DNA of 63,958 bases, filler included, from Dugesia japonica (Eukaryota): assembly GCA_001938525.1 (NCBI GenBank). It is 5 parts of 5 records of this genome, joined end to end, with 100 filler letters (N's around TTAATTAATTAA, not from the genome) between each part and the next. Parts side by side here need not be neighbours in the genome. Positions count along the whole stretch, not along the records: positions 24,677 to 41,421 come from MQRL01635699.1; positions 41,522 to 55,326 come from MQRL01587770.1; 3 more parts are not named here. One strand, written 5' to 3'. Of the stretch, positions 38,335-50,583 are shown piece after piece (position 1 is the first letter of the stretch; each line of letters begins with the position of its first letter). The position numbers and the translations under genes are program-made. The notes below the pieces were generated by a model. The model saw only the letters and a list, made by a program, of their open reading frames with translations. It made no database searches and was not told where the DNA came from.

Positions 38335-40700
38335 CAGTGGCGTAGCGAGGAAATATGCCGCCCTAGACGGCCCTTAAATTTGGACGCACCTCTCAATCAA
38401 ATATTTTATATGGTTTATACATACAAAAAGTCTAAACTATATAACTTTTTTTCTTTTTAAAAATATTTTATTAAAATGTATTTAGGTATTTTTAGAAAAC
38501 AATTTAAAACAGAAAATAAAAAAAAGACCTTCCACCAATGTTTCTGTTTTATCTAACTTAGCAGCAACAGAAATAAAATGTTGCAATCTTTTTCTCTCTA
38601 CGAGAAATGCCTCTTAATCAATATCATCATGATCATTAATTAGAAGACACTCAAATTTTTCATTTAAAAGATTTGACAGTGTAAGGAAAGCATTTTTCTC
38701 AGCAAAAACAGGAAACTATCGAAATCTCAAAGTTATTTCTTGAATTACACTGTCCAGCAAGAAAAACATTTCACGCCACAACTCAGTATTGCAAGGCAAT
38801 TCTACATTCTGTGATTTTCACCAGCCATTTGATTTTCTTTCTACACTGATGTTTCATAACTATTTCCAGATCATTACATTTTTTTGGCATAGGTCATTAA
38901 ATTAGTTACCAAGTCTTTTCTTTTATTAAATAAAAATATTTTTAAAGTCTTGAGTTTGCAATCAGATTTTTGTATATTTAATCCTTTAGTTTGAAGATGG
39001 ATTTATGAGTCGCTAATTCCCAGAAGGACGATTTTCCACAAGCCAATGAAGTACAGAGATGAAAAATATTGTAACGCAACAAGCAACACACTAGCATCTG
39101 ACTTAGTAACTATATTTTCTTCTTCACCAGTTAACTGTTCTAAATCACGTACAATACTTGAGGAACGTTTTTACAACACTGCATCTACCTTTGCACTCTA
39201 CCGAGTTTATACTACGCACTTGACACTTTGACCAGTGACTTGAATCAGAATATCTCGGCAATGGGTCGAGAAAGAAAGAAACGTAGACAATCACTCCATA
39301 GTTCCTAAAAAGGTAACAACAACACAACCTGCATGTACACCCACCAAATTCAAGGTATGATTTGTACATACGAAAAATTCTGTTTTTCGACGATGTGCCT
39401 TTGAAAACCAGTATGCTGTCCAGCCATCGCAGCCGCTTTATCATATACATATCCTCTACAATTTTGAATGTCAATTCTGTCATTTGCAAATTTTACCAAA
39501 ATTATTTTCGAGATACTCCGGCACTTAAGTTTTTTATTGCGATGAAATCAAGAAATGATTCCACAACTTTCACATGCCTTCCTTCGATCAGAACACACCG
39601 TAATACTTAACTGGTTTGCTCATTTTACAGCAAAAGTATTTGGCCTTTTTTATATTTATTTTTATTTTTTGTGCCAATGTTTTAATCAACTCGTTTTGAA
39701 ATGTGGGTGACCTGCACATTATATTTATTCTTAGCTTTATTCTAAAAATATGCTCTTGCAGTACTGGATCATACTCTCAAATTAAGTGAACCAACTCTAA
39801 ACTTTTGACTCGATTTTCTATTGATTCTGCACAATTATTATATTAGCTAAATTTTGTTTTACTAAAATTTTAATTATATCCAAAAATCTTAAAAATAACT
39901 CCCTCCTCTTTTTTAATTTCTTTTCAACTTCTTTTTGTTCCGTTTTATTAGTTGTTGTTCCACTTAAGTTTCTAATTTCAAACTCTTTCAATTGTGTCTA
40001 AACTTGAACATGGAATACACTGAGTTAATACTGGGATAATTTATTATTAAGTTTCCACAACGTATAGAATCAATTCACAGAAGTAAAAGTTGAATGACAA
40101 AAGTTGACATCATCATAACGCCGATCTAGAGAACTCTCTAATAGCATCCGTTCCTACTCTACGCCAAGTCTCTCAAAATTTCGATATTGTCATAGTAGAA
40201 AATAAGGACAAAGTGATAAGCCTTGAAGACGCACCCTAGATGTAATTGTAAATTGGAAATAAATCTTAAGCTGTATACAACTTTTCAATAAATCTGTGAG
40301 TTTGGAGTAAAGAGAAATCGTTTAATTAATAACAAGGGAGAATGATTAATGCCAAAAAGAATGAAATACATAGATAAGGATAACGCACAGTCCTACACAG
40401 ACTCGGATTAGTTGTCACAATGCACGAGGAATTGTCAAATTTGTGCCGGCTTCAGTGTATCTACCCCTAGAAGATGTCAATGTAGAGAACGCATAAAGAA
40501 AAACAGATTAAAGAAAAAGAGCAAAGAGAAAGTGTCCAGAAAGAAATATTAACAACAAAAATCTTGGAGCCCAACAATAATTATGAAACCGGAATCGGAA
40601 TAATAATATTTGAGGAATTCATCACGCCTCTTTGATTAATAAAAACAAAAGTACCGCCAAAGTGGACCTCCCCTATCGCTCCACTTTCACTACACCATTG
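38335..40700 (-). mobile_element. hAT (Tip100/ZMYM1-like) transposon, decayed, inside a host intron
   Basis: TIRs CAGTGGCGTAG / CTACACCATTG; imperfect TSD TATTTATA / TATATAAA; YDKAAAMAGQHTGFQ and NHTLNLVGVHAG motifs near 39330-39450. Confidence 0.85.
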
Positions 40701-41421
40701 TATATAAATAAACTACACTGTTTTTAATAGTATATTTCTTTAACTGAAAAAAGGAACATCCAAACATCATCGAACAATCGTTGAATGCACATATACATTA
40801 AACTTTACAATACTCCGAAATGCATTTATTTTGAAAACAATATTTTAAAAAAATTTATTTTTCGTATAAAATTTTGCAAATATATTATTAGAAACGAGAG
40901 ACATATAAAAAATGCCTGCGAGGCGTAGATTGGTGATCTTTGGATTACAGGATTTCAATTTATATAAACAAGACTTGAATTATTATTATTAAATATTTTT
41001 ATAAATTTGTTTGATTTAGATACAACCTCAGTTAGTAATTTCTTATAAACAATTCAAATTGAAAATTAGGTGAGAAAATATTCGCAATCACTGTATTTTC
41101 CGTTTTATAAGACGCATGTAAAATTCTTTTTTGAGATATTGAAACCTGTTTTAGTTAAGCTATTTTTGACTACATTTTTCAGTATTATTAAGATATTAAG
41201 ACCTTTGTAATTTCATTAATAAAAATAATAATTATTGCAAGAAAAAATTAATAACCAAGCATTTGTCAGGTGCAAGCAGTGGCGTAGCAAAAGGGATCTA
41301 TCAAAAAGAGGCTCTAAATAGTTTCCAAGACAAACAAGATTTTCTGTGTCCAAAAAATATTTTTATGTTTAATAATTCTTTTTGGCAAGGAGTCTGCTAC
41401 CGATAAAGTTTGGGAACTACT

Positions 41422-41521
41422 NNNNNNNNNNNNNNNNNNNNNNNNNNNNNNNNNNNNNNNNNNNNTTAATTAATTAANNNNNNNNNNNNNNNNNNNNNNN
41501 NNNNNNNNNNNNNNNNNNNNN
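41422..41521. other. Artificial scaffold linker
   Basis: 44N-TTAATTAATTAA-44N. Confidence 0.95.
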
Positions 41522-41839
41522 CTCCAAAAATATTTTTTTTTAAATTTCCCGCCAAAAAAAAATTTTTTTTGAATTATTCGCCAAAAATATTTTTTGAATT
41601 TCCCGCCAAAAAAAAAATTCTTAAAAAAAAAGGTTTAAAAAAAAAGGTAAAAAAAAGGTTAAAAAAAAGGTAAAAAAAGATAAAAAAATTTGATCCGATC
41701 AAAAAAAAATTTGATCCCAAAAATCTTAGAAAAAAAAACCATCCCAAAAAAAACAGTCACTAAAAATAGTGTCACAATCGTAATGTGTTTTCGAGCCCCC
41801 CCTATGTGAGTTGTGATCGTGTGCCGTTATCCCCCTACT
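41522..41839. mobile_element. Putative Polinton/Maverick terminal repeat end
   Basis: Ends ...CCCCCTACT (reverse AGTAGGGGGATAACGGCACACGATCACA), 22/28 identical to the terminus at 61185; internal poly-C run, A-rich short repeats and TTTCCCGCCAAA repeats. Confidence 0.55.
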
Positions 41840-42018
41840 CGTATATGATAACATGGAAGAGTTGTTTACATGTAGCAAAAAGAAAATTGCAAATCTGAAC
41901 ACATTTTCAGTGGTGATTCTTTCAAAATATATTTAATAAATTTTTCTTGATTTTGTAATACACAAACAATGTAAGAAATAATGAAGATATTAATTAATTA
42001 ATTATTTCTGACTCTTAC

Positions 42019-42114
42019 TAAATTCGTCATTATATTCGTCAAATATATCATTAGAAAAGTTTTTTAAAGAAAGAATACTTGACAAATGTAAACCACTGTT
42101 GGACTTTCGGAAAA
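42019..42114 (-). CDS. Uncharacterised host gene, internal exon
   Basis: Acceptor atttttag, donor gtaaga; FRKSNSGLHLSSILSLKNFSNDIFDEYNDEF; phase 1/1, compatible with both neighbours. Confidence 0.78.
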
Positions 42115-42689
42115 CTAAAAATTTATATTTTTGAATTTCTTCTTTGTGAGGGGTTTATATGAAACATTTATTAATTTCAATTACCAATTTCTAACATTTC
42201 CGAAAATTTCATTGTTTAACTTTGATCAAAAAACTCCCAATTGAAAAGAATCGTTGAAACATTATCATCAAGAGTATTATGGTAAATATTGTCTGAAAGA
42301 TTGAATTTGATCAACAAGAAATTTCCGTTAATTAAGGATTACAAAGTAAATTTATAATGAGAATAATTTCATTCAGTTTTCTGTGACTGAAAGTGTATAG
42401 TTACAGCAGAAATTATTTTTCAGAACTGTCTGTGAAATCTAAAAATTTTTCATTCTGCCAAAATGAAGTATGCTAAAAATTGTTGAGAAAATATTTTTTT
42501 AAGACAAAAGCACAATTTTATTTAATTAATACATTTGCTACGAGTTATTTTTCAGTTAGATAAAATGAATAATTTTTTTAATGATTTATTTAATTGATTT
42601 TTTTATTATTTAATAATAGCAGTATTCAATTAATTCACAATAATACCATTTAAATATAAAAGAATATATTGTTATATATTTTGACGGAT

Positions 42690-43750
42690 GACCCTTCATT
42701 GTAAAGGGTGTAATGTTAGATGCTTTAGAAAAACTGTACAGAAATTTAAAAACAAATAATTTATCTAAGAAGCATAAACATTATTGGGCAAGAGAATGCT
42801 TTAATTACACCCACATCCATTACATCCATTACAATTACATCCATGATTTTGTCAAAACCCACAATCAACGCATATTTCTTTGGAAGCAAAATATTTTTAA
42901 AGACTTCAGCTTTTGACATTTGCCAATAAACAAAGTGTTAAGCTTTTCACCAATCATGCCACAAGCAAGCATGGCAGTTATGCGCTGTTTGCTTGACTTT
43001 TGACTCTTGCATTCGTCATCAGCAGTTACGAAGCTTTAAACAGGGTGAATTGTATATTATAGAGCAGTTGCATCACAGTTGAAAATATTAATTTCTTCAT
43101 TTTCATCAATTTTATGTTGAAAATTGGATTTAAACTAACCAACAAAACTCACAACAGCTGAACTTGATTTGCCCGATATATTATTGACAAATTATGTCTT
43201 TTTAAAATTATCAAGCCACCCTTTGGAAGCCTTGTACTTGTATGTATTTTCTGGGCAATTCTTAACACTATTGACGTGATATTTCTTCCATTTAAAGGAA
43301 TACAAGATCTAAATAGGTTTTAAATACACTAGCAAAACTTGGGTATCTATTTCTTTTATCAATGAATTGTTGGACCGATATTCTAAGCTACAAATATTAA
43401 CATTCTCGAATTGCGTCTGCTTTTTGATTCGAACAATGTTTCATTTAGAAGTGCATATTTTATAGTAAACTTTCTTTTGAATAGCACATTATTTTTAAAT
43501 CATTTTTAATTTTTCGTCTTTCTTTCTCAGATAACATTTTCATAGGTTAAACGGTATTATAATATTTTACCAATTGTGATATTATTAAAACAAATATTTT
43601 TTTTATATTGGATAAAGAATTGAGTTAAAATAAACTTATTTATTTAGAAAAGCTTGTAAATTCATATATAGACAGACTAAAATCACAAAAGTGCCCCCAA
43701 AATATAGGTTTTGTTATGGGGTAAGGTACCCCAAAATCGAGTTCATACTG
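42690..43750 (-). mobile_element. pogo/Tigger transposon, decayed
   Basis: End ...ACTG-TA at 43750; YKASKGWLDNFK (CENP-B-type HTH), NIFNCDATAL and KQRITAMLAC motifs. Confidence 0.85.
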
Positions 43751-45485
43751 TATTACGCTAATTGGGTAAACAAATTCATTTCTTTCAAACAATGTACCAT
43801 AAGCTTGCATTATAAAGTAGATGAAGTATCAAAAGCATTGACAATATGTCTACCTTCCATTGTTGTTTAGGAAAACAGTACATAGATGATGGAACTGGTT
43901 CATGACATCTTAGTGCTTAAAATGATGATTTGTTTTCGTCTTCATATTTCTCTGAAATTTTAATCAATTCTTTATTATTGGCACATTGTAACCCATAATA
44001 TTCTAATGAAATATGAACAATTTCGTAAAATTTATCTAATATTGTTTAAATCTATCAAAAAGTCATCATATTCCAGAAGAAGACAATTGTCAAAAATTTG
44101 AATATCCTATAAAAAAATTATTTTTGATAGAAGCTATTACTTTATTTTAATGAAATATATATTTGTATTTACATTTATTATGTTAATATAGGATAGTTTT
44201 CTTAAAACCTTTATTATTTAGGTTAACCTTTATTATTTTGTTTGTAGAGAAAACTGTTTTTATTATTATTAATTTAATTAATGTTATTTGTTTAAGAAAT
44301 ATTTCGAGCGCAGCAGAGTCTCCTGTCTCAATATTGGGACAACCGGGATGTCTGCTGTGATGAAAAATTAAATCTTTAACTTATTAAATAGTTTATTTTC
44401 TTTATGATTAATTTACAGCGTTTTTAATAAAAATTAACGACAACCATTTAACTAATTTTATTAACCAACTAATAAAATTAAAAATAAGTAACTAGTTCTT
44501 TGAACAAGCAACAAATCCACTTCGAGATTTTATAATTCAATACAGTTCTTTGGAACTTTGGTTCTTTCTTTTCTTTTGTAACGAATTCAGATTTGGAATC
44601 CAGTAAATTGATGTTCAGATTTTCGAGTTTATTTGTTTATGCGTCTTTAGAATATCACTTTGATTTGTGAGTTTCTCTTTTTCTATTTTTCGATTATCAT
44701 TATAAAATGATATATTCTAGTATCTAAATTTTTCACGATTTTCTCTTTGATTTGAAGTTTTTCAGCGGTTGCCAAGAAAAATGTATTTGAATTAATTTTT
44801 GTATTTCATATTCTGCAATCAATTCAGATTATATTGATTGATAATATTTTAACATTATTTGCTTATTTTAAAATAAAAATAATAACATAAAAATATAAAA
44901 TATAAAATATAACAATATTTATAACATTATATTTAAAACAAATAATTTGATTTTAGCAAGTAAAAAAAAAGTAAAAACAGTAAAACAAAATTATCGTGCA
45001 CTTAATTAGATACAATTTGTTTATAAGCAAATTCACGAATTTTTAGCAGCCAAATTTTTTCTTATGTTTCTCATGATACCCAGAGGCATATTCCAATAAT
45101 TTGTACTCATAAAATTAATTAAAAACTTTCGTTGGAAAGTGCAGCAATAGTTTCAATATTATTGCGAAATGATTCTTTGGTAATATATCGATGAGAATAT
45201 TATTTTTGGTTAATTTTCAACTAACAAATTACTTATTAATTTAACCTTTTTCAATAAAAACTATTTAAATTAAATCCAACGTTAGAAAGAAAGAAAAACT
45301 ATTGTTAGATAATAACCACAAATAAAACCAAACAAATTTAAGATATTAAAAATAATTTTTATATTACATTTTACACTTAAATTGATGATAACAAATAATT
45401 TTGATGTATTATAAATATTAAACATAATGAAACAATTTTTTTAATGGGTTATGTACATTCAGCCACCATAATTATTTAAAATTAC

Positions 45486-45566
45486 TTTTGGTTTTTTGTA
45501 AAATATTTTCCTCTCCAATCGTTATCAGTGATAACTTATCACAAATGTTATCCTTATTAATGAAAT
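45486..45566 (-). CDS. Uncharacterised host gene, most upstream exon found
   Basis: Acceptor ttttttgttag, donor gtaatt; FINKDNICDKLSLITIGEENILQKTK; phase 1/1. Confidence 0.68.
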
Positions 45567-46116
45567 CTAACAAAAAACAGTTTAAATTATTGAATTTGTT
45601 AAAAAAAATAGAATTTTAACCCATCAAAATTGTTTAGAATAATTACTTTGTTTGTAATTTTACAATTGAAAATAATGCTTTATTTTAAAATAAATATTAA
45701 TTTATATTCTTAGGGATAAAATTTTTTTTTTAAAAAAATCTGAAAATCCAAATATAAAAATAAAATTAAACTTATTATTGAAATTATTTTTAAAAAAATA
45801 ATTGGTGGAAATTTTGTTAAAGTCAAGAATGTGTCGGTTTAAAATAAATAAAGTAAATAAAAGAAAACAAAATTGTTTTACTAAATTACTAAAATTAAAT
45901 ACAATGATTAATTAATTTAAACCTTGTCAAACTAAATGTATATTCCTAAGTGGAAATTCCCGAGAATGGAGAGAACTCTAAAACTGACAACTCTTATATA
46001 TTGACAGATTAACCATTTAGTAAGTATTTCATTAAGTGGTATAACATATTGTTTAAATAATTTAATCATTAATTTAATTTAATAGTGATTTGGTTGTAGT
46101 GATTTAGAAGTATTAT

Positions 46117-46540
46117 CAGAGGCGTACCTAGGNGGGCAGGGGAGAACAAGTGTCCCCGGGCGNCAGACCAAGAGAGCGTCAAAANGGGGTTTGAAATATT
46201 TGTATTGTGCATTTTTTGTATCGTTTTAATATGATATCTATCAAGATTGAAGGTTCGTCACTCTCTTGCAGTCAACATTTTGTTATGCACTATCAATTTT
46301 ATTGTGTGAACTTAATATTGTTAAACCTAGTCTATAGACTACAGATTTCCTAACCTATGACGATACATCTTATTTTGATAGAGTATTTCGTTTGTATTAC
46401 TTCTTGCTTGACTAATCACATGTTTCGTCTGGATCAGTTTCTTCTTTAGTCTTTACGTTAGTAGCCGTTACATTGGATGACTCTTAATTTTTCAGTGGGG
46501 GGCGCAAAATTTGAATCTTGTCCCCGGGCGCCAAATACTG
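46117..46540. mobile_element. hAT-type non-autonomous element
   Basis: Starts CAGAGGCGTACCTAGG; GC-rich TGTCCCCGGGCG subterminal motif at both ends; right TIR not clearly retained. Confidence 0.6.
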
Positions 46541-47332
46541 AATATTACCAAATTCTTTTATTTTCTTATTCGACATATTTTCTATAATAAAATGAAACAA
46601 ATCTTTTCCAAAAATATTTTTGAAGCTAATTTTATAAAATGTATCATTTGCATATTTTCTTAATTTATTTAATGAATTATTTTTGTTAAAATGTTTTTTA
46701 AAACAACATAAATTTTAGAATCCTGAAGGTATTATTAAAAAAAATATTATATTTTAAAAAAGAAATTTCCTTCTTGTATTAGCTGTTTAAGGAAAATTAT
46801 TCCTGACTTGCTAATTGAAACATATCTTCATAGTTTGTCATATTTAATGAATGAACTTTAAATTTTAATTAATTATTTTTATAACTATAATCATATTGTC
46901 AAATTTATTTCTTACAAAAACATATGCATTGTATAAATCTAAAAACTATTAAAAAAAAGCATTAATTTTCAAAATATCTTGTTTTTTTTATTGCTATTTT
47001 CGTTAAATTTTAATATAAAGTTTATAGTCGAATTTGTAGTGGAAATAATATTACAGAACATAATATTAATTGTAAATTAGTTATTAGTATGAATAATTTT
47101 GAAATTTCATACAGAAACGTTAATGATTATTGGAATAGAGTTGTGTGTGTATAATTGGTAATTAGATCAATTGATCCAAAAATTAATGTTCAAACTGGTC
47201 TTTCCAAATCTTAATTAAATGTTTTTAATTAATTTGATATATTAGAGAGAGTGCGTAATCAATTATATAATCAGAAATTCTAATAAATATAAACTCTTTA
47301 ATAAATTAATTATTATATCTGAAGATGACAGA

Positions 47333-47403
<71 letters not shown>

Positions 47404-47782
47404 NNNNNNNNNNNNNNNNNNNNNNNNNNNNNNNNNNNNNNNNNNNNNNNNNNNNNNNNNNNNNNNNNNNNNNNNNNNNNNNNNNNNNNNNNNCTTCTTT
47501 GTTATCGTTGCATTTATATTGCATGGTCTATGTTATTATTGCAACTCCATTGAATTTCTTTGTTAAAGTTTGTTTATATAATAATGTGTCACTACCTTTT
47601 TCTTCTTTTTAAACTTTTTAGCCATGTTTTTAAATTAATTTTAATTTCTCAACATTAGGTAGATGGTGCCACATTGTAACAAAGACTTTTAATTATTACA
47701 TTACTACTTATTTTACATATTGAACAAAAATAAATATTGAAATGGCATTTAGTTTTTATTAAAAAAATTACATTTTCCTTTG

Positions 47783-47886
47783 ATTTTACAATTGCAATTA
47801 TTGCGAGAATAATTGTTGGAGATAACCATTGATCGTTTTACAGAATTCATTAAAATAAAATCTTCGATCAAAATTTGTTTTTTTTT
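47783..47886 (-). repeat. Penelope 3' repeat, distal part
   Basis: Close match to 21262-21366. Confidence 0.75.
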
Positions 47887-48837
47887 GGTTTTTAATAATA
47901 CAATTTTAGGGCTTGAATCATTTGGCAGTGAAACTCATTCCAATATCGTTTCTCAAAATGCAATCATCATTCGTAGGTTTCTAGTCAAATATTTAACAAA
48001 TATTGTTTAGTAAACATAGTATTCTCTAAATATGTTACCATTTGCTTATTTCTTGTTGAGTCAATGAAGAAAATAACTTCCAAGGACCAGATTTGAGTCA
48101 CTTGAAATGATAAAACAAATATCAAATTATGTTTTTTAATAAAATTCAAAACAGAATTCTACTACAGAATGGGATTAGTTAGAAGGATATAAAATACATT
48201 TTGATTATTAAATAAATATTTTCTGTTATTTAAAATCTCCCTTACTTTTTGAACACAGTAGTTTTAATTTTCATAATACATTCAATTTAATTTCAATNNN
48301 NNNNNNATTTAATGTTATGATTTAATTATATTTGCGTTTCTCGGTGTCATAATATTAGCACTAAGGATAACACAAAATATAATCAATATTTTATTAAAAC
48401 TAAATTAATATTAATTAATATTTTACATTTTCATTTTTTCTACATTATGTGAAAGAAAATTATTGAAACAAAGTATTAGAAACAATTTCTAATTTACTGA
48501 ATGTTCAAGCTGAAATTCCACCTAAAAGAAATCCTATTTGAACGAGCTACATTTATCCAAAGAAATAAAATTGCTTTATAGAAATGTTTTGGTAAAGTTA
48601 ATCCGTGATAGTGCATGCAAATATTCAAATACTATTTTGTCATCTAACACAACGTCATTAACACTGTCGCTTGATTAAGATACCAAAACAACATTTAAAA
48701 TGTATTGCATACAACAAGCCTTTGGACTCAATCAAAAAGAGAAACTTAACGGTCTTAGATTTTACGATTATACCTTGCATTGAACATGCTTTTTGGCTGG
48801 AAAGAAACTCTAACAAAAATCAATTGTGCTTTGAAAT

Positions 48838-49600
48838 TTATTGATATTTGATAATAATTCAATATTTCGACTAAGTCTTCTTCAAGAATTGACTTTTTAA
48901 TTTATTCATTATTTATTCTTATAATAGTAATTTTCTTTGGATAAATTTATTTTTACTAAATTTTAATTGGTTAATTTAATTATTGAATTATTATAAATTA
49001 CATTTATTTTAGGATTGTTTTCTTTAATTAGTAATTCTTTATGTAGCCTGTTCCTAGTGTTTCCCATGTAATGTGATGGTGTTCTGGTGAAATTTTCTGC
49101 TTGTGTTGAAAGTGTTTGAAGACTTCATTTTCTTTTTGTTTCAAATGCTCCTTAATTCTTGTTCGGATGGTTCTGCATGTTTCACTTGTATATGTTTCTT
49201 GAAAAATGTTGCATCTTATTTTATAAGTGACATTTTTCTTATTGCAAATATTTTTACCATCACAAATGCATTTGGGACCACAAAAAGTTTGTCTTGGTTT
49301 CTGTAATCGGATGCCCAAAGATGCTTGCGTTTTGAAAATAATTGATGGATTGTGTTTGAGCTTAGCATTTTTTATTATATTCTGCATGATTTCGCTACAT
49401 TTCTCATTAATAAAAGGTAATTTAATAACTGTGTTGGTTTTTTGGTTTGATTTTATTTTGTTTTATATTTATAAATAAATATTTCGATATAATTTTATTT
49501 GGTTAGTCGTTATTTAATAATTTATTTTTTATCAACTTGAGAGAATATTTACCTACTCATAATCACAATGTAGACCGAAGTTAAAGTTTTCTAAGGGATA
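48838..49600 (-). mobile_element. Penelope-like retroelement 3' part (GIY-YIG endonuclease)
   Basis: ORF 49028-49387 with C-x-C-x4-C then KNVTYKIRCNIFQETYTSETCRTIRTRIKEH (decayed VVY..C..C...YIGET.R....R..EH); pLTR sequence downstream. Confidence 0.88.
48856..48890 (-). ncRNA. Candidate minimal type-I hammerhead ribozyme (variant core)
   Basis: AAUUC-UUGAAGA-A-GAC UUA GUC-GAAA-UAUU-GAAUU: helix I AAUUC/GAAUU, helix II GAC/GUC, palindromic AAUAUU in place of helix III; located in a PLE pLTR. Confidence 0.5.
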
Positions 49601-50583
49601 TGCAGATCTGGTTATCATAAATAGCATTATCAATTTACAAGACCAAAAACGTAAAAGCTAATAACATATTTCCTTATACCACAAAATCTTTTCAAAAGAT
49701 TACCCAACATTTGACCAATTCGCCGTTAAAAAACACATGTTCATTATGACAAGTAACAATGATATACAGTCAAATCTATATAGAATGGACACTGAATGTA
49801 GTGAAAATTCCGTATAATAACTAAATATAAATATTTTCAACATTCTTATTATATTCGTACAATATGAACAGTGAACACAATTTTTAATAATTTTTTAAAG
49901 TAATATATAATTTCTTTCAACCTCATTCAATATCAACAATGTTTTACTACAACATTGTCTATTGTGACTTTGAAAGCAGAATTGCTGTTGCAAATATCAA
50001 CATTAAAATGGTATTCATGTGATTATGTTAAATAAATGTATTATATGATATAAGTTATTCGACTAGTTATCTAGTAACAGTATTTATTATTTTTATTATT
50101 GTTTATTTTTGATTTATTATTAACCGGTTCAAAAATTAACAACTAATTAATTAAGAATTAACTTTTTAAAATTAACCGATTAAAAAATAATTTATGTTAA
50201 AATATTTAATAAAAACTTTAGAGTAAACCTAATTAAAATAGATAAAAAATTACTACTGATGAAAAATTAATCTAAGTTAAAATTAAATTTCACTGGGTAA
50301 AATTCTTATATTTTTCAAATTCTCATTATTTAAGAAAAAAATTTTAATTTGCAATTAGTTTTTGAAATGAATTTCTCATGTTTTATTAATAATTTATTAT
50401 TGTTTATAAAATTATTTATATTATTATTTATCATATATTTACGTCTAAATTATTATGTATTTATAATATATGACTAATTTATTATTTGTAATTTATAATT
50501 TATTCAATAAAAATTTTTATGAAATTTAAAAAATTAAGTTTACATATTAAAACTTATATAAATTTAAATCATTTTAAGAAATA

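Noticed and set aside
47306-47612. Poly-I/poly-L ORFs (also 53014-53283, 16038-16361, 32289-32489, 52619-52855)
   Set aside because: Artefacts of (TTA)n microsatellites and N gaps
49950-50010. Signal-peptide-like MNTILMLIFATAILLSKSQ on the minus strand
   Set aside because: Stops after 19 codons with no usable donor before the stop
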